DNA of 64,000 nucleotides from Trichosphaerium sp. ATCC 40318 (GCA_038496445.1 JALMLS010000564.1:446755-510754); one strand, 5' to 3'. Shown: positions 37,973-57,415, counted from the stretch's first letter. Numbers and translations: made by a program. The notes: a model not told the origin generated them from the sequence alone.

Positions 37973-39069
37973 TTACGCTACTTTGTATTCAGCGCTAATG
38001 CCTAGCTCTTCTATTCCAAAGGTCAATGTTTGCCCTGACGTCACTGGTGAAACGCCTGCAGGTGTTCCTACTCACTCGTAAACATACACAATCAAAGCGA
38101 TGCGGTACCTGTTAGTAAAAGATCGCCTTTTTCCAATGTCATAATGGAGCTGACAAAAGAAATCAACTTGGAAATTGGGAAAATCATATCTGAGGTATTT
38201 CCCTTTAAAAAGGTAAGAGGCGCTATCGCCTGACGTGAAGGTACGGTATGTGACGTACATGTTGTTTTGTTTCACCGTCTACTTTTAGCCAGAGCGTAAC
38301 ATTTTGAGGATCAGGTATCTTCTCTTTCTCTACGAACGGGCCCAAAGGGCAGAACGTATCGTAACTTTAAAGCCAAAAGTTAAAACAGTCTGAATGTCGG
38401 AAAAATTACATCCATAGTTTCCGTACCCTTTCGCTTCCGACCACGGCTTACCAGCCTTCTTCGCTATTGTTTGAACCTGTACAACGCTCAAAATTATGTT
38501 AAATTGCTGATTAGGCAAGCTACCTCACGTGCTGTCATGTCCAGCGCTACAGTGTATCCTGTAGCACGTTTTAAAAGGGTTTGCTAGTTCAGTGCGTACC
38601 TCCAATGTATTCTAGAGCCGAATCCTCTGTGACATGCTTTGCTGTCTTGCCTTTTTTAAAATTAATGCATGGAAGCGGCTGCTTGGTAAAGATGCACCTA
38701 TTACAACTCCAAGTTCCACCTACTTTTAGTTAGCGCACGTAAAACGCTTGATTTATTGTTGACACGTTACCTCGTGATGAAGACTAGTGCACCCCTACGT
38801 AAAGGAGCGAGTTAAATTACATGCAAATGTCAAAATGTTATCATTTTTGATGTTACCTTTGGAATGACTATTTTTTGATTATCCTCTGGGGTTAGATAGC
38901 TCGTTGTTGGTTTTAAGAAGAAAAATGGCTTTTTAGGTACAGCGTTTCCCAGTTCTACACGGTAAGCGTTGTGTTAACACAAAACAAACGAACCTTTAGC
39001 GTGGTCTGAATAGTTACGCCCAATCGCCACAATCTTCTTACCAAAAACGTTGAATGCCGCTAAACTCAT
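37973..39069 (-). CDS. FAHD1: FAHD1-like acylpyruvase / oxaloacetate tautomerase
   Basis: [71 protein letters not shown]. Confidence 0.88.
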
Positions 39070-39338
39070 CCTTCTCCTATCAGTTTAGTTTTGTACTGAC
39101 TATAAGTACAGTCGTCAGTATTAAATTTGGAGACAAGTCCGTTGCAATGTGTTGCCATTAGCACCTTGTATGCGCGTGGAGATAGCGCAGCGTTTTTGGT
39201 TGTAATTTTTCATTGAGAGAAGGCCTTGGATTTTGTTGTTAACGTTAACAACGCGCAAGTAAACACTTGGTTGTGCGTTGTCAAAAATTTAAACGCTTAT
39301 CCTGTTAAATTTGCTCATAATATTGCGATAGCGTTGCA

Positions 39339-41783
39339 ATGCTCAAAAAAAGCTCCAGTGGTGGTATTACAGGCAATAGTACGTTTGTGAAATTCAACGT
39401 AGCAAGCCCGTTGTCAAAAACTATACCAGACAGCAATCGACAATGCGTGTACGTGTACCGACAATGCTTTGCCGTAATTACTGTTAGTGGGCGCAAACGC
39501 AAAAGTAGCGCGTTTTCAGGTAGTAACAACCCGTTGATCGCCAATTACAGTTCCCCAACAAAGAAACGAGCAGTCATTCGAGAGGTCTCCGTCCCTACCA
39601 AGACAGCACAGAAACCACCTTCCAAAGACTTGATTCTTCCATTGGTAGGCGTTAAAACTGAGTCCAACGAAGCTCTTGACGATGAGCAAGCGAGGAAAAA
39701 TACAAATGCTGGAATAACCCGTATTCTCAAGGATCATAATCCGCTCGTTGATTCAACCTCCATCGTACGCTCTTGAGTCTGTAGTATCGCTAACTAAAAG
39801 GCAGGCTGTGGCCATTGAACGTGCCATTTATTCCCAATCAAAAACACAGCCTGGCTTGACGTACGTCAAATGCGCAGCCAAGGTAATAGAGCTTATCTAC
39901 GGTCCAACCAGACGCGCTTTGAGAGCGGCAGTGTTGGCAGGAAAGGTAAAAAATAATAGACCATACTTTCTAACTTAAATTTAAGGCAAGTGCCACCGAA
40001 CTTGTTGAGGCTGCGGTGCCTCTCAAAGAAATCAAGGAAGAAGACGATAAAAAACTACCAGAACCGCTGAAAGCTTTGGAAGAGCATGCAGTCGCAGCGA
40101 TAGACACTTATTTGCGTACAGTAGAAGATTGTATTGATCAGTTCCAATGTATCAAGCGAGAAGTAAATTGGGATGTGGCGTACAAACCCAAACTTGGTAT
40201 ATTTGTACACTTTGTTGGTAAACGAGATGAGTTTGTGGTTAAAGATTGGAGCTTACAGTTGAAGTCTCGACCAGTGGTAAGTCGTAAATCGTAATAGTTT
40301 CGTTGTATAATAATCAAGTTCTTCAATAGAAAGCTCCTTCGTGGTTGAAGCCCTTGGAAGATAAAAAGCAAGAAATCGCTCCACCTGCACCTGTCCCTCT
40401 TAAATCGCCGAAGATTGAATCACCGCGCACACTGATAATGACATTAGCCGCCCAGTCTGAGATTGAAGATGTAGAAATGGATACTTCTGATACTGTTGTT
40501 GAACACCACATACCACATTTCAACAAGCGCCCTCCCAAACGTACTCCCAAAGTGACTCAACGACCAAAACCTGTTCCAAAATCAAAACCTAAAACTCGAG
40601 CACCTAAGGCGCGAGACAGAACAACAAGGAAGCGTAAAGAGCACTACAACAAACCCAAAACTTTTAGAAAGAATCAGCGTATTCGGACTGTTCGTCCACC
40701 TAGTGAGCCAACAGGGTACTTTCAACCAGAGAGCCACGGAACATTTGTTAATACACCACAATCTGTACCTCCTAGAACGTTTACAACGCCACGGGAGCCA
40801 GTGCCACAAAACTTTTCACAACCAATATCAAATGCACCTCGACTCCATCACAATACATATCAACAACAGCCTGTACAACCGCTGGTTCCTCAACCAAATT
40901 TTAGTGCAGAAGAGATTGTAACAATCTTACAAAATCATATTGCTGCTGTTGTACGTACAGATCCAGTAGCAGCACTGGCAAATGCCATCACATCAGCCAG
41001 CCAACTACCTCAGCAAAATACGTATGGTGTATCACCACAACCTCCTCAAGCCCCGCCAGCATACCGAGCACACCATCCACCACAACCTGTTACAGGACCA
41101 GACCATTATGGAGTTTATCAACAGACGAATGTTCCTCAACCTGTGTTGCAACCTACCCAAATACCTTTTGTTCGAGCGCCTCCTGTCAATGCACTCTCTA
41201 GATTGGATAGTCGTGATAAGTACGGATACAGAGGCAGTACAGGCGCCCGAGCGCAGTGGTCTGGGATGTTAAAATGGTGGAATGAGTACGTTTTTCTATC
41301 CTTTTGGTTTTTATGTTTGTTGACCCTACCTTAATTGTTTTATAAGAAAGAATGGTTCGTGGCAAGTTATTTGTGAGGTCATGAGTCATACGTGTACCCT
41401 TCAACTACCTTTTGAACTATTGTGTAATGGTAAAGTAGCGTGAATATTATGTTTTAAATCTAATTTGTTTTCATAGCAAGAGTCAGCAATGATGAATTGG
41501 TAACCCTTAATCAATTACCCACATTCACTTTAATATGTGGTTCTAATGATCCTGTAAACATACAGGAATTTTGCGATTTCTTTGACTTCTTGGGTAGGCA
41601 GATTGAAGTTTTTGGTTTAGTTGCATGTCAACTTTTACTAAAATGTATTATATAGGTCGTGATAATATTGTAGCTACAACTGAAACTCCAAGTTACAAAC
41701 TGTATTTTATGCCACAACGTTCGTCAAGAGTAACTGCTTCAACACAAATAATATGTAGTTACAAAAAGACTGTTCTTGTGTAA
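39339..41783 (+). CDS. Pro/Gln-rich nuclear protein with possible C-terminal SPOC-like domain
   Basis: Multi-exon frame with basic NLS-like segments and a long Pro/Gln region; C-terminus WSGMLKW...LP.EL...ARV...F.DFFDFL...KLYFMP resembles SPOC. Confidence 0.5.
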
Positions 41784-41968
41784 AGAGTGTAAATAAATGA
41801 ATAAAAAAATTACAATGAAATATTATCTATTGTACATTCGGTTAATCATTCAGTCTGGATTTCCTTGGTTAGCAACTTATTGACAATGGCGCAGACATTG
41901 GTGCATGTTCTATATAGTTATTATTTTTTAAAGCATTGCCTACAGTTGCTCTTAGACTCATTCCTTTC

Positions 41969-43950
41969 TTATAATGACGCACCTTTGAAAGTGTGAACCA
42001 ACGGTTTTGCAGTAGACGATAGATCTGCAGCTAAATCAGGCCTACAGCGGTTAATTGAACAAACACATATGTTTCCTTAGTACACTAACCTGAAGTGAAT
42101 TATAGTGGCAATTATACTATCACGATCTCCAGTCCAATTGTACGGTATGGGAACAATAGTGATGCCTATTTTGCAAATTCAGAATAACAATGTTAGTTTT
42201 GAACATACCAATAGAATCACAAATTTGGGACTTTTCTGCGTCTCTGGATTGCTGTAAAAGAACAGGTTCAAACCTAGCATACGAAGAGTCGACATAGTGC
42301 TGTTCTCCTTGATACTCTAGAGCAATATCAATACCAGAAACAAATACATCCAAGATTATTTGTTGTGACTCTGTTGGCATGTACTCCTCGAACACACTGG
42401 CGCGTGGAAATATTGTTCTAACGCAAGTTGCCAACTTTCTATTGTTACAACAATTAATTATGTGATACTCACAAAATGGTAGTTAAAGAAAATCTGTTGT
42501 ACCTTTGCATGGCACGTTTATCACGATATAATAAATGTTTGTATTTCCAATGGTAGTCGGGATATGCTCTCTTTAATACGGAATGCCAATTTGTCAGAAG
42601 GCTTGCTCCTCCAAGCAACCTGATATCTCTCTTTGGGTAATACTTAGACAACGGGTGAGTAAGGTATTGGCACTTACTTGAGCAACCCTATACCAATCAG
42701 CGTATGATTGTATTCTAAGTTTTTTTGTTGCACTATTTAGGAAAGCACGTGCGTTGGAGAGAACGCTAAAGTTTTGTGCTTTGGCTAAAGACCAATAAGT
42801 TCAATGCACAAGACAATCTTGTGGTACTGAATTTCCATGGGATCCATTTATAATCTGCATACATATATTTTAAAAACCCTGCCACTGATCTAAATATTCT
42901 ACGACTACATTAGTATAAACAGTAACGTTGAATTATCATACGTTTGTATAGATGCACCGACTAGTTGGTTAACTTGTCTTATGCTTATTTTGTACCAGTC
43001 TTCTAGAGATGTGATATTCAATTGCTTCTCCAGCTATAGAATGTTTAACTTAAACAAACGATATTGTAATTACTTTTCGAGTAATAGTCTCTAGGTTGCC
43101 AGGCACGATCCAAAAGTTTCTGTGAACACGCTCTATTATGTTACAATCGAACTTAGGTGGAGTATGAAGTAGCGTACTAAATTTCCAGGGCTCCCAATCG
43201 AAATCAGGATAAAAGTATGACAAGACATTACGTAGGGAATAATCAAATGTTCTATTTTGAAAAATTTTAATCTTAGGCTATCAATGCATAACGTACTGCA
43301 CCAGTGTCCCTCCACCGGCCTTATTCATGTCGGTGACAATAACGTTATACCAATCACTCACTTTTCTTATATTCAACCGTGCTTCGAGCTTTAAAACAAA
43401 GTGAGTATTGCGTACTCTCTAAACTTTTTTTGGTAGTGTTTTATAAATTTTAGTACCATGCGCATGCAAGCAAATTGGTTGCTGAATGATTTGTAAAACT
43501 TGTGAGGCTTTTTGCCTAAGTAACGTTGTAAGACAACTGGAAAAACTTGGACATTGTGAAAATGTGTCATTTCATTATTGACATTTTGACACGTACGAAA
43601 TCTCCATATATCCCACTTGTGGTCTGGGTACACGAGTCCCAGGAACTGAACTAGAGAGTGATTGCATAATTTCATTGCTGTACCACCTATTTTTACTACA
43701 TCTTCAGCGATAAATTTGTACCAGTCATCAAGCTCTTTTATGCCGCGTTCGCGCTCAAACTAACTTGTTTTAATATGCCGCGCGTACACTTGACAAAATG
43801 AACCTGTATAGCGATTGAATTTCGGTTATCTGGAAGCGCCCAAAAGCCTTTAGGGTATCTTGGAACACTTTGGCTTGAGCCAGTAGCTACAAATTTATTT
43901 CGGCGTTGAATAGCCCGGTACTTGCTAGTGGACCAAGCTGCAACCTTCAT
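41969..43950 (-). CDS. Trp-rich ~70-aa repeat protein (4 repeats) with C-terminal RAP/DUF559-like PD-(D/E)xK nuclease domain; paralog of 16250-18035
   Basis: Repeats such as PKGFW..PDNR...GIKELDDWYK...GG...SLVQFL..VYPDHKWDIWRF; C-terminus LDVFV....ALEYQGEQHY...QQSRDAEKSQICDSIGITIVPIPYNW; Arg/Ser-rich N-terminus. Confidence 0.82.
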
Positions 43951-44119
43951 TCTCACTGTGTCATTGGGTTTTTTTGATTAACCCACCGTACTTCTTTAGA
44001 ATGCTACACAAGCGTTAATTTGCACTAATTATGTGATTGAGTGGTATTTGCGTTGAGTTATTCAATACATTTCAATTTTTGCACGTTTTATTTAAGCTAC
44101 TTTTTGTAAACTCAACGAC

Positions 44120-46214
44120 ATGACCACAAATGCGCTTGATTACTGGTCAAAATACCTATGGCCAAACTCTAAGGCGCAGCTTCATCGGTTTTTTGTTGGC
44201 AAAGTTGAGAACATCGCTTCCAAGCGTGTAAAGGTACCTTTGGTAGAGGTTAAGATAAATGAAGCTGTTGCTGCTCTGAAGGAGCTTATTACGTTTGATC
44301 TTGAGGAGCATCATCCTGTAGGCTCAATAAACGAGGCCCTTAGATACCTCACTGCGCATAGGAGGTACTTTGTTTGAAAATTACGCAACACATGCGCTAA
44401 TAGTCTCAGCTCCGGTGCAAGCCAATTATTGCACATTATCAAGCATGTCGATGACTCTGAGAATTCTGAAAGTGACTCCTTTCTTCTTATGGCGGCGATC
44501 TTGATGACAACTGCTCAGCGAAACATGTTATCAGCGGCAATCGAAGCCATTCCAACCAGTACGCTATAGACACTCTATTACGCACACGTTGACAAGTTGT
44601 CAAGTCGAGAGTCACATTGAGTACTGGGAACAGCAACAAGGAATGTGGCTTTATGTCCAAAAGAGCCCTTGGTACTGGGCAACTATGCTATATAACCACC
44701 GCGTTCACAAAAAGCGTGAGTTGCCTTTTTAGTACTTTTCTTTCTCACAACTTGCCAGCGTTCGTTAAACTAAGTCAACAACGTGCCACTCACTTGCAAC
44801 ATCTCCGATCCCTCTTACAGGTAACAATAGTCTCTGGACAGTGTCAAATTCAAGTGTCTAATATAAGTTCAGGCGTTGTACGAGCTCATAGGCAAGGCAT
44901 CGTATCTGATGGGTCTGTCTGAGTTCCAAACCATCGAGGGTGTTCGAAAATATCTAACGCAGCTGGTTGATACACACAACGACTTTTTCAATAGCATCCA
45001 AGATCTCACTGGAGAAACAATTGAAGAATCCGAAAGCTCTGATTTAAGAGCAGAAATCACGGTTTTCCTTAACCGCACTATCTCGTTACCCAAAGTACTA
45101 CGCATAGCTATACGAACACACGGCGCAGGTAGCTATATATCACGTCACTGGTACTATGTACCGATTCTCACAGTAGCGTCAGTCCTTACATGCAGGTACA
45201 TCACTAAGTTTTTGGGCGTGGTCTTATGCTGATTAGGTATATTTTCGGAAATTGGCAGAGCATCATTGATCAAGGCATTGAGTTGTATCATAATCTGGGA
45301 CACTTTTATAGATCACAAATAGAAGCACCAATAGTTCAGGTGTTACAAATTATAAGGTAATAATCGGTGTCGCGTGTCAGTTGCGCTAACTGTTTTGGTG
45401 ACAGATATGATAATGAGCACGCAAAGATCATAGGTGAACGTGCTCTTGAATCCAGCGTCAGTAGCTTAGGGAATATGGTTGTAGACTTTGAAACTGCTGT
45501 AGAGCCTGGTATAGGCCCACATCAGCTTCAAATACTCCGTGTTTCGGCAGAACAAGGTGACCTTGCTGCCATAATGACAGCATATGAATCAGAAATACAA
45601 GCTCCTCTTAAAAACGCATTACTCGGCAACTTGATCAGACTTATATTGATACAAGTACAGAAACAGGTTGTAGACGTAGAACGTGCCATGCTTCAACTTG
45701 ATAAATTGCTTGCCTGTACGTTTTTTTACCATCACTTCACTGGTGTCCTGTTAGCTAACTATCTGCGATAGCGAACGAACTTAACTTTCGTTTCTTGGCG
45801 GCCATCCCAGCAATTGGAATTCTGTATGTAATGTACAAATTTGGTCTTTATGTATCAGCTCCTTCAAAGAGAAAAGGTTCAGCAATGGAGAAACACGTCA
45901 AAGGAACATTCCGAGAAATATCGGTTCTTCTCAATTCAATTCAAGCTACAATTTCAAAAAGTGAGGAAGCAGCGCTCATCAAGGCATTCACTCATGTACG
46001 TCAGACAAATGACATGCCGCTGAAAGCAGAAGAATTCGGAAAGCTTACAATGCTTGTTCATAAACTCATGAGTTACATTCCTCATTGGCGTGGAGCAGAT
46101 AAGGAAATGACACATTGGCTATTGGAAGATTTGTCTCAAATTGCAAATCCAAAGTTTTTGAGGAAGCAGAAACTTGTAATTTTACAGCGCATACAGACAA
46201 CGTATTTCCTGTAG
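44120..46214 (+). CDS. NCA2: Nuclear control of ATPase protein 2 homolog
   Basis: YESEIQAPLKNALLGNLIRLILIQVQK..VDVERAMLQLDKLL.ANELNF.FLAAIPA is the NCA2 signature region. Confidence 0.85.
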
Positions 46215-46261
46215 ACAGTGTCACAATAGAGTACACAATTTTTGAATACAACATGGCTTAT

Positions 46262-51228
<4,967 letters not shown>

Positions 51229-51386
51229 GTTGTCAAGGCGGTTTGAATAGCGTGAAAGTGAGGTAAGCTGACGGCGGGTTTTTGGCTTAAACGTTTTGGC
51301 GCCCAAACTCTCTGTGAATTTGATCACCAAAAATTGTATGTTGTAGTTTCGGTGTTTTTCGTGGCTCTGATAGTTGATGATTAGGC

Positions 51387-54294
51387 ATGTCCATACTACG
51401 GAGTGCCTTCTCCGGCCAAAGAAGAGCGTTTATTCAATCGTGTACGCAAAATAAGGCAAATGCTTATTGTAGGGAAAGAATACGCATTCGTACCGTACAA
51501 CGATGCTATGCCACATCGTTTAAGCGCCCAAGAACGCGTGAACCCACTTTGAACGAATTTTCGAAAAGAATACTTCAATCATACAACCGAAGCCATTGGG
51601 TAGAAGTAAGGAACATAACTTTGACACTCCCGCATCTTACCAGTTTATTTAAGGTTAATGCAGCCTTCAAAGATATACAAGACTCTGCGAACACAGGTGA
51701 GTGCAAGGGCATCGCTAAGGTACGATAAACATTGACAATACGAGAAAATGAAGGTAATTCCTCATGATCTTCAAAGAACCTTGGTTACCTCTTGCAAAAT
51801 GGCGTTGATGCTGCCGACGTTATTATCTCGCGCATTTCAACTGGCATGGACAGTGTACGAGCCATTGAAGTAGTATCAGTAATGATCACTTCTGCCGTTT
51901 CAGGCACGTTTCTGATTGTTGTTTTTTTCTTTTTTTGTACTTGATAATTTTTGACTTCCTCACTAATGTGTGCGCACAGCTAAATTTCCTTGCGTGGCTC
52001 AACGCATCATTGACACAGTATTTGCCAAACAGCCAGAATTCATCAATAGTGGTCATTATGCCTCCTTGCTCATGGGTTTGACTGATGATGTCAAAAAGTG
52101 CGTAGCGTTGAACCATAGCAATAATCTCTAAGGAAATAAAAAGGTTGGAGGCGTGCGTACTTCAGATGATTGACCGTGGTATTATGCCGAACAAAAATTG
52201 TATGATAATTGCAACAGGAGCGCTTGCTAATGCTGGCGATCCATGGAAAGCTGCTAAGCTATACGACGTACTTAAAACTGAATTTAAGCACACTGAAGGT
52301 CAATGTGCACATGCAATAGCAAAAGGTAAAACTTTTGCTAACATTAAATACTCAACCAAATTAGCAATGGATGCCAGCGGCGCTGATTTTGAAGATTTTC
52401 GCCCATATCTGTCAGATTTACATGGAAGACTTGGTTCTTCTTCAAAGTTTGTGGCTATTGGCTTGGTGAACATACTACTTAAGCACGGACAGTATGGTGC
52501 AGCTACAAAAATCATCGCTGACAACCCACACATTGACATACAACCGGCCATATGTGATGCTATATTCGTACGCAATCCGAATCCTCAAGATTAGCAAGCA
52601 TAATAGTAACCCGGGTTTTTTTTTATAGCACTCACCTACAATTGCACAAGCAAGGCGTCTATTTGGTGACGCGTCTGAGCTAGTAAAGAATCTGATGCTC
52701 TTAATTGATGCATTGCTTGCTTGCGCATTAAACCTGGGCGAGGACGTTGAAAAACTATTTAAGGAGGTTGAAGCAGCGAAGCTTGAGGGGAAAAGAATGC
52801 TATCATTCATGCTTGGTACAAAAACACATTTGACAATATTTTTATACACGTTGTAGATAAGACATTAGCAACCTTGGTAAAACAAGAAGATGTTACAATC
52901 CTCAAATTTTTGATGAGTGTGTGTCATCACACAAAAAATCAGTTTTCCGTCGATGATCCGAGGTTCTACCGAATGGTGCTCACCAATGTACCAGCCGCGT
53001 GCGTTATGTTTGTACATACAATTGTTCACTAACAAGAAAAATACCAGTAGCACGAAAGTCATAAACTTCCTTCTTGAATCAGCTGTTGAACACAAAGTGA
53101 CACTGAATGACTTTACAGAAGACGAATTTAGGCGAGGCATAGCGAGTAGCGCTGTATACAACTTGCTACTCGCAGAGAATGTGTACGAGGTAAAGTAAAC
53201 AAAATGTTACGTTGCCACTCATATGTTTTTTAGGCTTGGATGCTCGCTAAACGTTTTTTAGATGATGACACTTACAAATTATGTACATGCCACATGTTTT
53301 TTTTGTGTAGGTCGTTAAAACTGACCCTTCAACTAGCTGAAGACACCAAAACAAATATTTTGGCTAATTTTTACTATCCTGTTAACAACAGCTTGCTGGA
53401 TGATCTTAGATCTGATGAAATACTATCTAAAGTCTTTGATGATAAAACTCAGATGAATACTCACCTATTGAGTCGCCTTGTAGATTGGTCTTTGCATGGT
53501 AAAATGGATAAGAAAGTTTTGAAAAGAGTGTGTACTTTTGATACAATTATGCCATATCGTCTGTGGGTTACTATACTATTTTATTACTACAAAACTGGAC
53601 TTGATCACCAAGAAATGCTTGAGTGGTTAAAACCAATTGAGCTACCAGATTCATCAAATGTACAACAACACTACGCATTAATTCATGGTACACAAACAAT
53701 ACCTTTTTTTTTTTTTAGTACTGATTTATTTCTAACTAAAACTCGCTTTAGCACGTGCTGGACAACTATCAACAGCTATTAGTATGGTTACAAGGCTTAG
53801 CAAATCAGGTGCAGTAGTAGCACCTGCAACTTGGGCAGTGCTATTGAAGTACTCACTAATGGTACGGTAATTGAAACTTTGAGAGCTTGAGCTAACAACT
53901 TTTCTTTTTTGTTCAGGAGCAAAAGAGGATACACTTGAAACAAATTCTTGAAGAACTGTCACGCAAAAGTTCTGAAAACGCAATGCATTCATTCTCCAGA
54001 CAATCTATAATCTTTGTTGATAAGTATGCTCGTGAGGCATTTACCGATTGGGATTGGAAAGCGCCAGACGCTTGGTTCCACATAGGAAAAGAGAAACTAG
54101 GTTTGGATGGTAATTTTTGGGAAGCGCTGGAAAAACAAGCAAACCGAACTTATGACATAGCATCCGTTGTAAAAGAACAACAAAAATGGCACATTGAAGA
54201 GTTACAGCTTGAGATACCTTTTGGAGCCATACAAGACTACAATCACGAACTAGACAAGATAAAACCATTGACGTGGCCTTCGGAAAAAATGTAA
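51387..54294 (+). CDS. Helical-repeat (PPR-like) protein with probable mitochondrial presequence
   Basis: Arg/Ser-rich N-terminus MSILRSAFSGQRRAF; degenerate PPR-like units (QMIDRGIMPNKNCMIIATGALANAGDPWKAAKLYDVLK; YALIH.LARAGQLSTAISMVTRL...GAVVAPATWAVLL). Confidence 0.6.
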
Positions 54295-54434
54295 CAAAAA
54301 CAAGAAAAAAAAGTTGAAAATTGTCTTTTCTGTTTCAAAGTTATTTACTTTCCCTGTTTTGAGTTCATTGCAATGTACATGCTGCGCTTAACTCTACATC
54401 ATATCACCCAGAGGGTGATTCTTTATCATCCCCG

Positions 54435-57415
54435 CTATGTTGACCTTTTTGGCTTCTTTGGTGCTTTTCTGTCCTTCTTTTTTTTCTTGTCCTTGCTTGA
54501 CGCAGATTCCGTTTCCTTTACTTTTTTAATGCGCTTTTTTGACTTGGCCCTCTTTGGTTTTGGTTTTGATGAACGCTCTCTCTTAATGGAAGGTGTCGCC
54601 TGCACCTCAACAGAAGCGCTCGCTTCCACTTCAACGCTCGGCGCATCAAATACTGCAAAAACATCGGTACCTGTTACACGTTAGAGTAACTCTTCTTACA
54701 AAAAGAGGACGTTGACTCAGGCAAAAAAAATAAAGGTCACAAATAGCTTTCATGAGAAAGCACAAACACCCACGGCCTTCGCCATTGTGCTCACACTTTT
54801 TCAAAAAAAAATTATTGTGTGGTTTGGAAATTGTTTAGGGTATTTGTAAAACATATTATAAGAGGAGTCGAATATTCTATACAATAAAATGCGATAATAA
54901 TAAGTTGATATAGAACATTGCCTGTATTAGCCACTGGAGTAGGATTAGAGGCTACTTGTTGTCCACCATCTTGGAACGCAGCTCCAAAAACATTACCTTG
55001 TCAATTGTTATTATTGAACAATCTTTTTTAGTAGTATATTTTAAATTATATTATTTTTGAGGGAAAAAAAAACAAATATCGGTGGTCTAGTAGTCCATGC
55101 TACCTCCTTGGGTTTGTTCTAGTTGTTGCTTTTCTAATCGCAAACTTTCAATTAGCTTCTGATTAGCGCTAAACTCTTGCTGCACTGAGACTTTTTCTGC
55201 CTCAAGTTCATTACGTTGATGTTGTAGGCGTTCTGTATCTGGTGCACCGTCTCCCTGAGAATGTTGCATGTTCTAATCGAATTTTTAGACCAGGAGGTAC
55301 CAAAGTAATGTATTTGTTACTCGTACCTCCAGTAGAGCATTCCTTTCAGCTTCAAGTTTATTTTCCTCAGCATTGTCTGCATTTCTGTCTTGTTCTAGCG
55401 CTGCAATTTCTTGCTCTAATTGGCCTTTTGTAGCTAGTAGGTTCCTTCCTTCTTCACGTTGTTCTTCAATGGCCACTGGTAGCGTAGTAACAAGTGCCTG
55501 TCAAAGTATCAGAGATAGTGACAAAAAGGAAAAAAAAAAAAAGTCAACAGCCGAACCTTTTGCTTTTCTATTTCTACCATCAGCGCTGCTATTTCGCTTG
55601 CTAAGGTATTTGATTGCTCCTGAAGAGCAGCAACATCACCACTACCACTTACAGCAACACTCGCACCGCCACTAAAACCAACGTCCAATGATGCAAAATC
55701 AGAAGAAAGTCCAGAAACGCTGGCGCTCATATTTGTGGGATTACTTGGCATAGATGCCGATACCTTAGCTTCTATGTTTTATGGGTTAATTTTTTACCTA
55801 TCAAATGGTAATTACAACATACCACTGCCAGATGCAGAGAACGAATTCTCTTCTGGTGCCTCGCCATTTGCTAGTGAAGTAGCAACACTCACTAACTCAT
55901 TTGGGACTGCCTGAGGTATGTCGTAACCGTTTAACTTCATAGTAATGAGGTGCATTGCAACCAAAAATTCCTTGTAGTTTAACTTTGAATCCTGATCCAT
56001 ATCGCTCAACGCCCTGTAAATAAAGTAAATAAGCCAAAGCAAAAAGGAAACTACAAAATAATAATAATAAACAAAAAAACCAAAAGGGGGTGATTGTTTG
56101 CGCACCAGATTTGACCAAGCTCAGGTCTTTCAAGCTGAGACTTTGAAAACAACTGAACCGATTTGGCACCTACAATGCATCGGTTAGTTTAATCTCATTC
56201 GACCAGTCTAAGCTGAAGCTAAAAAGAAATTATTTACCATCAATGTGACCTTCATCTTGGTAAGTTTCGAATACTTTCGTGTAGCGAGCAAACTGCTCTG
56301 ATGTGATAGCCCAAGGTGTCGATCCATTGCTTGCGGAGCTCTTGCTAGCCTTGCGTCCTGACTTGCGGCGCTCAACTTGTCTCTTTTTGTCTTTTTTATT
56401 TACGCGTATTGACGATTTTTTATCTTTCTTGCTCTTCGATCGTTTTGATCTTCCATCTTTGCTTTTTGATGCTAAAGGCAGGTCAAAGGGGAATTTTTTT
56501 TATTAATTGTTCTAGTGAACGTTTGCACCGTAGATTTTCCCTTTTCCGAAAAAAAAATAATAAAACTGATTGTACTCACACTTTTTGCCTTTCTCACTTT
56601 TCGCGGTGGTTGTAACGGAAACAGGAGGTGCTTCAATTGGGGCATCATCACCAGCTACAAAAAGAGAAGTCAATACTAAAGGCAGGCAGGTAGGTGTTTC
56701 TTTTTTTAGTTCGACCGTCAAACCAATTTTCTTTACACAAATAATAAAAAGGGTTAAAAATCCTTTAGCGTTACCATTGCTGGGTAATGTGATAGCGACC
56801 GTTTCTGGCAGAGTCGCAGGTATCTTCTGCCCAATTTTTACAGCATCTACAAGAAATCTGGCAATACAGTACTCATCCAAAGACAGCCTATTATCTTTAT
56901 CGATATCTGAGAGGTTCCTAAAGCGCAGGTGAGCTAAAAACCTAAGCAATAATAGCGAAAAAAAGAAAATAAAACGTTTTATGTGAGCAAGCTCCAATTA
57001 ATAATCGAACGCTGGATTTGTATTCGATTGTTTGTAGCGCGTAGTGTTGTGAACCGGCTTTTCATTCTATGGATAGGTAATTTGAAAAAAAAAAAAAATA
57101 GCTGCAAATTTAACGCAACCAAGAATCATGCGTTCTCTGGTAGTTCTACTCACCATATAGTAACTAGATCTTCAACAGCTACACCAGATCCGAGCAATAG
57201 CTCTTTTGTTCTTCCTCCGCTAACGTAGCCATCGTTTTCTACATCGTCACGGTATTTTTGAAACTCTACAATGTAAACTGCCCTTTGTTCTGTTGTTAAA
57301 GCCCAACCATCCCAAGGTGCACCCTCGCTTGATATCTACGCAACGGGTGATCGTTAGACAGGGTAAAACCGAAATAGTGGCGTGTCAACATAACACAAAC
57401 CTTAGCGACGCTCAT
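54435..57415 (-). CDS. EH-domain (Eps15-like) endocytic protein with coiled coil
   Basis: Two EH domains (WALTTEQRAVY...LSDIDKDNRLSLDEYCIARFL; WAITSEQFARY...LSDMDQDSKLNYKEFLVAMHLI), coiled coil and Lys-rich segments. Last exon is less certain. Confidence 0.82.

Noticed and set aside
29752-39069. FAHD2, transaldolase, 2OG oxygenase and FAHD1 as a metabolic cluster or bacterial HGT island
   Set aside because: All are intron-rich, widespread eukaryotic genes interleaved with unrelated genes, and they share no evident pathway.
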